A stretch of DNA of 64,000 nt from Octopus vulgaris (Eukaryota): positions 81,220,001 to 81,284,000 of the forward strand of contig OX597823.1 of assembly GCA_951406725.2 (NCBI GenBank), given 5' to 3'. A program made the translations under genes and the position numbers. Every line of letters begins with the position of its first letter. Within the stretch, counting starts at the first letter, position 1. Under the pieces are notes generated by a model. It was not told the origin of the DNA, did not search any database, and saw only the letters and a program-made list of their open reading frames with translations. Of the stretch, positions 54,413 to 64,000 are shown piece after piece.

Positions 54413-54711
54413 TTAAATATGGGGAAGGCCAGTTTATGGGATTACCTTAGGTTTCCTGTCCATAAAGGGTTTAGCCTTATGGTATATCGTCAGATCCCAA
54501 AAGTTTGTTGGTCCATGACCTCTTAAAAATATGGAGGTCACAGGCCAACATATTTTTGGGATTTGATGATATGCCATAAAGCTAAACCCTTTATGAACGG
54601 GAAACCTAAGGTAATCCCATAAACCCGCCTTCCCCATTTTTAACATGTACTGTTCTACATCTTAGAGATGTGCCTCTTCTTTCGGATTTATGTTTTTTAC
54701 AAACAATCCGA
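54413..54711 (+). mobile_element. Hairpin element E: 110-bp arms, 11-nt loop, ~68-bp tail
   Basis: Arms 54413-54522 and 54534-54643; TA runs on both sides. Confidence 0.78.
54438..54498 (-). ncRNA. Type I hammerhead ribozyme motif with an intact core (sister copy 54558-54618 +, C3U)
   Basis: GGGAT CTGACGA tataCCATAAGG ctaaac CCTTTATGG acag GAAA CCT A AGG TA ATCCC: 5-bp stem I, GTA triplet. Confidence 0.75.
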
Positions 54712-55041
54712 TATATATATATGTGTGTGTGTGTAATAATAATAATATTTGATGAAGAAAATGGAAGATAGATATTTTGTACTAATCTTATTCAGTATGA
54801 TTATTGTTTTGACCCATCCTGCAACTGTCTGTTATAGGTAGGATTTTGTGCGTCTAACTGTGTTGTATGATTCTGTGCAGTTTGTGTCATGTCTGGTGCA
54901 TGCATAAAGAAGGGGATGTCCTGCTAGATATACTGAGATGTCCTAGGCATGTTGTTCGAGCCTGCTGTATCTTGGTTATGACCGGCTAAAGTTGTCTGTG
55001 AGTGTATAACATGAAATTAAAATCATACAATCATAAAATAT

Positions 55042-55208
55042 AGGCGCAGGAGTGGCTGTGTGGTAAGTAGCTTGCTAACCAACCACATGGTTCCGGGTTC
55101 AGTCCCACTGCATGGCATCTTGGGCAAGTGTCTTCTGCTATAGCCCGGGGGCCGACCAATGCCTTGTGAGTGGATTTGGTAGACGGAAACTGAAAGAAGC
55201 CTGTCGTA

Positions 55209-55259
<51 letters not shown>

Positions 55260-55475
55260 ATGTGTTTGTGTTTGTCCCCCTAGCATTGCTTGACAACCGA
55301 TGCTGGTGTGTTTACGTCCCTGTCACTTAGCGGTTTGGCAAAAGAGCTCGATAGAATAAGTACTGGGCTTACAAAGAATAAGTCCCGGGGTCGATTTGCT
55401 CGACTAAAGGCGGTGCTCCAGCATGGCCGCAGTCAAATGACTGAAACAAGTAAAAGAGAAAAGAGTAAAGAGTAT
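55042..55475 (+). mobile_element. Near full-length CORE-like tRNA SINE with an internal (TA)n/(TG)n tract (also 58219-58672 +, 53460-53840 -, 6720-7050 -)
   Basis: GGCGCAGGAGTGGCTGTGTGG A box, GGTTCAGTCCC B box, CTTGGGCAAGT core-like segment, tail GAAACAAGTAAAAGAG. Confidence 0.85.
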
Positions 55476-55974
55476 AGAGAGTAGGACCTATCAAAGAAAG
55501 ATTACATTTAGGTTAACAGAGAGGGAGTGTGCACTCCCAGTCATGACAACACACTCACACAGGTGTACGGACACACACCTACACATAGACATATGCTATA
55601 AATTAAAAACACAGAATCATAGAAGAATATGAATATATGAAAGTCTTCATGTATCCAAGAGCATGGAAACTACTAATTACAAGGTAATTGCTATATAGAA
55701 TTATCTTATAATTTGCATACTGAAGCTAGATCTATATTTTTTGGTTAGGCATAAACTGTTAAAACAGAAACCAATAATAAGGAAAAAGAATTCCAAATCA
55801 GTGATTTTGATAGCTGTGTCACAGGAGTGTGTTTGTTCTTTGGTCCAAGGTGATGGCTGGTTGAGATGATGAATGAAAGGTGAATGACTCTTGCGAACAT
55901 TTAAAAGAAAATTTTATTATTGCACATAGAGTCAATTGCATTGATTTTTTTTTTACAAATAACAACAGCAGTAA

Positions 55975-56790
55975 TGGAAAGACTTCCTCCTGTCCTCCCC
56001 TCTCTTTTTCTTGCAAATTATTGTTTTTTTATAATTTTTTTTTTTTGCCAAAAACCCACGCTTTCGGATACGGAGATTCCGGAAAAATGCCAAAAATCGG
56101 AATTTTGAAATTGCTTACCGCCCCCTAACTCTCTTCTCACAGTTTCTTCATTTTTCACTTTTTTCCGTAACCCTAACCCTAAAACCCCAACTCTAAAACC
56201 CTCAACCCTAAAACCCCAACCTTAACCCAAACCCTAAGGAGAAAAATTTTTGGAAACTTTTTTTCAGAATCATAATCTCTGTATTTTTCTGCATATTAAA
56301 AAAAAAAAACCTGAAAAAAGTTAAAAATGAAGAATTTAGTGGGGGGACAGGGTAATTTTAAAATACCGATTTTTGCCAATTTTTTTTTGCAGCTACGTAT
56401 TCTCTGTAGCTCAAAACAAGTGTTTGTGTAGAAAAAAAAATTAAATAAAAAAGGAGTGTTTTTTGGTGGGGTACAAAAGGAAGTCTTGTCATAGAAAGGT
56501 ATGCCATTTGAAAGGTATTTATATAAAAGTTCATTAAAAGATATCCATTTTCCCAAAAGTTATTAGGGAAAAAAATCGGACCTTGTGAATTTTCCGAAAG
56601 TCCTTTCCCCACCCCCTTGGAAAAGATTTCCCCCATTAATTTTTGTTTAATTGTAATGTATGCCGTTTGAAAGGTATTTATATAAAATTTTATTAAAAAA
56701 AAAACATTTTCCTAAAAGTTATGAGGAAAAAACTCAGATCTCGTGAATTTTCCGAAAGCCTTTTCCACATCACCCCAGTTGGTTTGTATG
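55975..56790. repeat. Interspersed repeat with internal duplications and degenerate (TAACCC)n
   Basis: TAACCCTAACCCTAA at ~56168; 56498-56610 repeats at 56658-56770; 56085-56125 and 56340-56380 are inverted relatives. Confidence 0.55.
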
Positions 56791-57469
56791 CAATTTTGTT
56801 TACATATTCGTTTCATACACATTTTTGTACTAGATTTTGTATTTTTGACGGGGTAATAAAGTAAATACTAACCAAAAATAGGAAGCGGGTTACTGATGGG
56901 ACATGGGCTATGTACTTACCACTTATTGTGCCACCATGTTACCAGTTATGCTACTAAATGTCTGACATTCCATCTCTTCAAATAGTAGAAACAATTATAA
57001 ACTATCATCTGCAATTAAATGTTAATTGCTAATTCCTGTATAGTATTGTTCTGAAATAAATCTTGCGAAGATATTCCTCACATCCTCATAAAAACTGCAT
57101 ACGTGTAGTGGAGATTGGAAACAATTGCTAGGTAACCTGTCATACATCATGGGCGTTGTGAGTGTTTATTGAGCGAAAACATCTAAAGCTCCACGAGGCT
57201 CCGGCAGGGATGGTGGTGATCCTTGCTGTACTCTTTCACCACAACTTTCTCTCACTCTTACTTCCTGTTTCTGTTGTACTTGTATTTCAAAGGGCCGGCC
57301 TTGTCACTCTCTGTGTCACGCTGAATATCCCCGAGAACTACGTTAAGGGTACACGTGTCTGTGGAGTGCTGAGCCACTTACACGTTAATTTCACGAGCAG
57401 GCTGTTCCGTTGATCAGATCAACCGGAACCCTCGTCGTCGTAACCGACGGAGTGCTTCCTCATAAATCA

Positions 57470-58070
57470 TGGCCAAACCAAAGTAGTTTCACATGATTGG
57501 TCTATTAAGCAAATAATCAGCATCAGACCATCACCTTTTGGAGGTAATTTCAGAATTTTGAGGCAACTGTGCGATGTGTCTCCATTCTTGTCACAGCCAA
57601 ATGCCCCCAGTAGATGGTTAAGAATGATGACAGACAGATGACAGGAAGCTCTATCGCCAGGAATATAGTACAATTGTTTCCAGTTATGCTGGGCCAACCA
57701 CATTTTGCTGTAATCAGTCAGCTTGCCATAAACTCCAAGCGGTATATCTCTCTCAGTATGCAATTATTGCGGCAAGACTTCCTTTTGTACCCCACCCCAA
57801 CGGGAAGAAGTCTTTCTCCTTTCTATTCACACTCAAAATATTGAGCGTTTATGGGGAAGCCTGAAAAAGTGTATTGTTCAACCCAGAATGTGACCTAGCT
57901 ACTTGAAACAATGTCACTCAGTTACTTTTCATATGGGCCATCTCACCGCCAACTCAGCGACTTCGTAAGCTTCTTTTGGATGCTGCAAGACTATACCCAT
58001 GTTCCTGATGACACGGAAAAATATATACCAGTCCTTCATGTCATTCACCAATAACTCCTTAAAGGTAAGT
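57470..58070 (-). pseudogene. Probable gamma-butyrobetaine dioxygenase (BBOX1/TauD-type) pseudogene fragment
   Basis: FKELLVNDMKDWYIFFRVIRNMGIV..YEVAELAVRW..TLFQV and later HLSVIILN..LKLPPKGD resemble BBOX1 blocks as recalled (F.DVL..D....WL..L.KVGIV, GEV.KL..RM, WQV, H..IELD, FK..PGD); stops and frameshifts present. Confidence 0.42.
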
Positions 58071-58392
58071 TAGCGCATTTTTTATACTGTTAAATATTCT
58101 TGGTGAGCTTTCGATATGAGAACCGTGTTTATCACTTCTTAAAGCACGTATATTTGTTTATGTTTCTGAAGAAGTTCGTCGGTTTCGGTAAAATTTTTAA
58201 AAAAAATTGTTACATAATAGGTGCAGGAGTGGCTGTGTGGTAAGTAGCTTACTTACCAATCACATGGTTCCTGGTTTGGTCCCACTGCGTGACACCTTGG
58301 GCAAGTATCTTCTACTATAGCCTCGGGCCGACCAAAGCCTTGTGAGTGGATTTGGTAGACAGAAACTGAAAGAAGCCTGTCGTATATATGTG

Positions 58393-58480
<88 letters not shown>

Positions 58481-60267
58481 TCCCCTCAACATCACTTGAC
58501 AACCGATGCTGGTGTGTTTACGTCCCCGTAAATTAGCGGTTCGGCAAAAGAGCCCGATAGAATAAGTACTAGGCTTACAAAGATGAAGTCCTGGGATCGA
58601 TTTGCTCGACTAAGGCGGTGCTCCAGCATGGCCGCAGCCACATGACTGAAACAAGTAAAAGAGAGTAAAAGATTATATGTAGGGTAGGGGAAAGGGGATC
58701 TTTTGAAGACGGTATGAAAGCAAAAGAAACAGAAAGTGCGATTGGATCAGGGAAGTTCATTTGAAGTTGGCATACCATGTAGTGACTGAGAGAACTGGTA
58801 GTGATATTAACCAAAAATATTTTAAACAAACAAGGAAGGTATCAGACAGTCGTGAATATGCTAAAAACAACAGCTAAATCGCCCTTAACTTTTTTCTATA
58901 GTGAAACTATATTCAACACCGTATTTATGAATTTGTCTTTCTCACCATGATATAGGGGCTCTTGTGTGTGTGTACGCGCGCGCAAGACGGAGAGAAATAC
59001 ATACAAACATCGAGAGAGAGAGAAAGAGAGAGCTATATGTTGGATATTCATATGCTGGATGTAAAAACAATCAATACTCTAAGTAGGAAATTAATTTGTT
59101 TACCATGAAATCCTTCACTGAGAATTGTCTGTCTAGGTTCTGCCAAAGGTAAACATTTTTTCTAAGCCATACATCTCTTCCACAAAGAATACAAATATTG
59201 TTTCATATATGAAATATATGCAGATTTACATTGTTCTTTTTGCTTTTTTTTTTCAATAAATTAGCCGCTAAAGGTATGCCTAATTCCCTAGCAATACTGG
59301 ATAACTGCTGGTCCTACAAGAAGGATATATATGTTGGACGAGCTCCGCTGGTTTGGGGTAACTGGTGCAGCGAGTGGCATTCTTCACGGTAATGCCATCA
59401 CGACCGTGTCCACAGGGCGAGGCTGAAAACACCATTTGTTCTGGTGTCTATCACCTCCATCATCTGCTGCTTAACCTCATCCTTTTTTTTCTTCTAATTA
59501 AATTGTTCAATCTATATAAATAAGACTAGCTTTCATATAGTCCCCTATGTCAAAAAAAAAAAAGAAAAAAGTATTGTCTACAGCTGCAATGCCTTTGATC
59601 TCAGATTTGTTCAATCAGGAACGATCTCGGGGTTAAACAATTTCAATAATAAATCGTATTAACTGGTATACAAAATGCACTCCTATTTTACAATATGTTT
59701 TATGAGGAAAAAACAGATTGTAAAAAGATAGTTTAAGTGCTTTGGGGAAATAAATGTATGATTCTGTACATGTAAATACGATATTGTGGCAGGGTATTGG
59801 GAAAAGTATCAAACCATAAATTTATTACAAATAAATGTTAGAGCAACTGTATTATTTTTTCAGTTTGTAGATGGTTTTAACTATTTGATGTTTTATTAAC
59901 CACATATTTTAACGGTTCCACGTAAAAGTGCCCTGTAAGAAGCATCCTGTACACTGTGAAGTGGTTGGCGTTAGGAAGAGCATCCAGTCATAGAAACTGT
60001 TAAAATAGACAATTGGAACTTGAGCTGCTCCTCAGTTGGCCAGTTTCTGTCAAACTGTTCAACCTATGCCGGCATGGAAAGTGGACGTTAAATAATGATG
60101 ATGATATTTTTACAGGAGAAGAAAGAAAAAACATGAAAAGTATAAAAGCCCAAATTAACGAGAAGTAAAAAAAGCCCCTCATGACTACTTCGCCTAAGAA
60201 ACAAAGGGAAAACAGGGTGGCGGGATTAAACAGCAGAAAATAGGGTGGGAAGTAACAAATGTCTGGT

Positions 60268-61590
60268 TTAGCCTTGCTTTGTAGAGATGATTGCAAGGGC
60301 GTTGTCGCGGAGAGTAGCCAGGGACACTCGCTGCAAGAACCACCCGACCTTGTTGGACTCGTTTCTCTGACGAGCCGCAGTTATCTCGATTTTGTGGTGG
60401 AAATCGGCACTGCAGGGTCCGAGAACACCTGAGGTCTCGACTCCGACTGGAACAAACTGATAGCAGGTGGCCATGCTCCTGTATTTGTTTATCTTTCTCT
60501 CTGCGTTATGGGCGACGATGCTTGGTTTTGCAGCTAATGCAGCAAGGTTGGAGCCAGAGAACGTGTCGCAGATTAGGGATCTGCCCCCCTCATATGAGAA
60601 CAGGGTTATTCTGTCGAGGTGCTTGACATCACTGCGGTCAAGATCTACTGGCTCCAGTTGTGACGGAAAGCCAACTATGTCTTTTCTGTTTAAGTGCACT
60701 TTTTGAAATTTTAAAACTAAGTGAAATTTTTCAAATTTGGTATATCTCAGGGCTTAATTCGGATCTTTTCCTTTTGAACGGCACATGTCAACACAATTTC
60801 TAGTTAACTAAACACTTTAAAACTTCGTATACTGGTAGAATGTGTCAAAATAAAACATTTTTTCCTCTTGGCTTTCTTGAGAAAATTGTAATTTGTTTGT
60901 TTAACGTAGTTTAATTTTTCGAATTTTAACCAATGAATCGCCTCTATTTAGCTAAAATCATTTGCTGCGTCTAAAACTGAGACAACATCCTGTCACTAAC
61001 CCTAACCCTAATTTTTTTTCTTAATTGTTAAATTAATTTAATTGCTACGCGTGTTAAAAAAAAAACGAAAGGCTAAAACGAAAGCAATGGAAAATAATTT
61101 AAACAATTAACAAACAAAATAATTCTATAATTTTATACACATGGTTTCCGTACGGAGGGAAAGCGTGTGTATAAAATTGTAGAAATTGAAAAGCTGCAGC
61201 GAAACAGAAAAGATTTGAGGGCCTCTCTAATTACGTCATTCACGGCGGTGTGTCGGGAGAACTGGCCCGCACTATAGCTGCAGGATAATGGATGCAGACC
61301 GAATTCGACTACCGCTCTACAACGGCATTTGTGCGACTCACACTCGCGGTAATCGAGATGCTAAGTTACTCCGATACCTCTGCGCTCATCATCAAGAAGG
61401 GTACGAGCTGATGATGAGGGCACCGAACTGAGCCAGGTACTGCGAAGCAGAACGGAGGGAAGCGAGGCGATACTGGTCTAAGGATGTCCCAATCCGTCCG
61501 ATGGCAGATTTGCATTTGGTGTTGTCCCAGTTACGTTGGACATCTGTATTCTGGAAGATGATCGAGAGAATTGCCATACAGAATGTCAAA
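60268..61590 (-). mobile_element. CRE-like (restriction-like endonuclease) non-LTR retrotransposon 3' region, split by an insertion at ~60682-61216
   Basis: CCHC-type knuckle HKCRC..GLHPLSC..GQFSRHTAVNDVIREAL joins DIVGFPSQLEP..KINKY..FVPVGVETSGVLGP..LQRVSLATLRDNA. Confidence 0.8.
60755..61218. mobile_element. Non-autonomous DNA element with weak TIRs and TAACCCTAACCCT, nested in the CRE-like LINE
   Basis: TTCGGATCTTTTCC..CGGCA versus GCTGCAGCG..GAAAAGATTTGA. Confidence 0.45.
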
Positions 61591-64000
61591 CTTGTATTTC
61601 TGGCTTAATATTTTATGTAACAGCAATTAGCCAACAGGGTTGCTTACTGCTTCTATGGTTTTGTCATCCATTCATTGTAAGTAGCTGACAGGTGGTTGAA
61701 AATTTAGCATATATTTCATCTTTCTTGGAGAATTTTCAGTTAGATAATTAAAAAATGTTCCTTAAAGGTAGCACAATCATTAAATAATGTAAAGCACATA
61801 TCAAATGTGTGAAGGCGCAAAAAAATGTAAAGCACATATCAGAGGACTTGCGGTCGGAGGATCGCGGTTTCGATTCCCAGACTAGGCGTTGTGTGTGTTT
61901 ATTGAGCGAAAACACCTAAGGCTTCACGAGGCTCCGGCAGGGAGTGGTGGCGACCCCTGTTGTACTCTTTCGCTCCAACTTTCTCTCACTCTTTCTTCCT
62001 ATTTCTTGGGGACATACGTCACAGAAACCGGGAAACCGGGCTCATGAGCCTGGCTAGGCTTGAAAAGGGTACATAAATAAAAAAAAAAAAAACATCAGCT
62101 GTAGGTTATGTATGACCGAAAAAGGGTTAACATGTAGTTTACTGTCGAAAATTAAAAACTAAAAGAATATTGTGATAGAAACCAGAAGTAACGACAGTGA
62201 TGTTACCGAATTTTCGTAAAGCTCAATTGATATCCGATGGGTGTTCTTCCTCTGCAAATCACTGCAACTTCTATACTCATGAAGTTGCCTATCATTCATT
62301 CAATTTTGTTATTCAAACGATAGCATCTATACACGAACTTATAGAAGGCGAGGGATGCTCGTCAAGAAGAAACTTAGGCGGTAATGTGAGGTTAGGGGTG
62401 ATTTAGTTACATCATGTCTTCATGAGCATGTGTGGCGAACAGATTTTGTGATTGAAAAAAAAACAAAAAAAAACTACTACGAATCTCATTCCGTACATCT
62501 GCGACGGTTATGTTTTCCTGGAAATGTAATTGTTTTCTTCGTGTTATATTAAATATATGTACGTTTATGTATTGGATATATTGGTTGCCTCACATGCAGT
62601 GTTTACTTGAAATTACGAGCTGTCGGTATCATCACCTCCGCTTTCTATCGCAATACATTTTCATTTTTTAAGGGTTATTTATTTTCACTGTGTTTCGATG
62701 GTAAACTGCATATTAGCCCTGAGGAAGTAGTAAATGTGATGATGTAACATCCCCACGTAACTGCCGACGTACCGTTAAAAATGCTTTTGTAAGTGTGTGC
62801 AAACAGACTGTGATAATTTGTCTAGTTTTCAATATTTTAATATTAATAACAATTATTGTACCTAGTGGACATATGCTCATCTGGTTCCATTGTCTATGGT
62901 GTCCAGTCTTCCATTTGTGATATGGCCGCGTTAGATTAGAGCAGGTTTTGGATGTGTAGCAGAACTGTTTAACACTCATTTTATTGTAATATTAGACATC
63001 TTATCAATGTGGATATTTTAACCTTAAATACTGAAGAATTGGCTCACCAGAGCTTTTCTTAGCGTCACCAAGTCGCATGACTCAGTTGTTGACCAAATTA
63101 GTTGCAGGTATTGGTCGATTTTAACTGTCCAATCGTGTGTTTGCAACAGACTTTGTTCCCAACGCGGAAAAACCCATTTTTGCCCGTGGAGCCACCCCAT
63201 GCTTACATGAACACCTGTTTCTCCCGCTCTTGGATCAGCCGCCATTGACCAGACAACACCTCATCTCACAGCTGTCTTCAACCAGTCGCGGCCCTTCTTC
63301 ATCGTTGCAGCCACAGTCAGCAGACTACAGCCACATTATCTATTAAACCCAGTAGAACTGAAGTCATTTGAATGTTTAATCCAGATCGTAGTAGTAACAT
63401 CATTCACTTTGGCAATTTTCAATTATTATAACGAGAAGAATAATCGTCGCTTTTTCAACTTATTCAAATCTTATCGCTCTTCTTTCCACACCACATCATT
63501 ATAATTAGTGCATTATAAGCTCTTCTTGTTATAGATACACTTCAAATTAAAAAGAAGCGTGTCTTATATGCCGGTGAATATGGTAATATTTGGCTAAGTG
63601 CAATATTATGAAGCTAAGTGCAATATCCTGCTTCCAATATCGTCATCTCTCCACTTCCTTATGGTTCTGTTACACAAACCTCACTCCAGTGTCGAATTTT
63701 CATATTCTGCAATCCAGAATAATGCAACTCTTGTCAGAGTTGCATCATTTTGGAAACAAATGGAAACATGGGATATAAAATGAAATTAACGAAACTCAAC
63801 TAAATCTAAAAACTTAACTTAGAATATTCTCTAACCTTCATCACGATCTACTGGAATAGTTCTCTTTTTTGAAAATCATCAAATTAGACTTTGGCAAGGT
63901 GATAAATTTGACTTGGAATCCAACGAAGAAAAGAATATTGATTGTTAAAACCAAGATTCAGAAAAATTTCTTGAAAAGAAGTGTACCGTATGATCTGGCT

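Noticed and set aside
31437-54711. All five hairpins have the tail on the right
   Set aside because: n=5, and the solo elements occur in both orientations, so a strand bias is not supported.
56165-56240. Interstitial telomere
   Set aside because: Only a few degenerate TAACCC units inside an interspersed repeat; the same is seen at ~60997-61010.
8857-58536. Many ORFs rich in YI/HT/CV, poly-K/F or poly-T/V
   Set aside because: They are translations of (TA)n, (CA)n, (GAA)n and (CTA)n microsatellites.
62700-64000. Coding-like, CpG-retaining stretch at the right edge
   Set aside because: No recognisable domain or consistent splice pattern in any frame.
1-64000. CRISPR array or prokaryotic operon
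   Set aside because: Eukaryotic intron and repeat landscape; no regularly spaced short repeats with unique spacers.

Overview
AT-rich, repeat-dense eukaryotic DNA. The SINE families and the (TA)n/(CA)n load point to an octopus (coleoid cephalopod) genome; this is an inference. One host gene is supported: the first four coding exons of an RNF115/RNF126-like E3 ubiquitin ligase on the minus strand (ATG at 27785, ~19.5-kb intron 1, gene continues off the left edge). The rest is mostly decayed mobile DNA: Tc1, maT (DD37D) and mariner elements, piggyBac remnants and TTAA MITEs, non-autonomous Helitrons, RTE and CRE-like LINE fragments, and tRNA-derived SINEs (CORE-like and Meta-domain). There is also a probable gamma-butyrobetaine dioxygenase-like pseudogene fragment. 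The most striking signal is a recurring architecture between 31.4 and 54.7 kb: five fold-back elements with unrelated arm sequences (arms ~90-690 bp), each next to (TA)n and followed by a short unpaired tail. Three carry hammerhead ribozyme motifs in both arms. About seven further solo or tandem hammerhead-like motifs lie in TA-rich sites. This resembles inverted pseudo-LTRs of Penelope-like elements and retrozyme-like non-autonomous elements. Most entries in the ORF track are microsatellite or repeat artefacts. Repeat boundaries were read by eye and are approximate.
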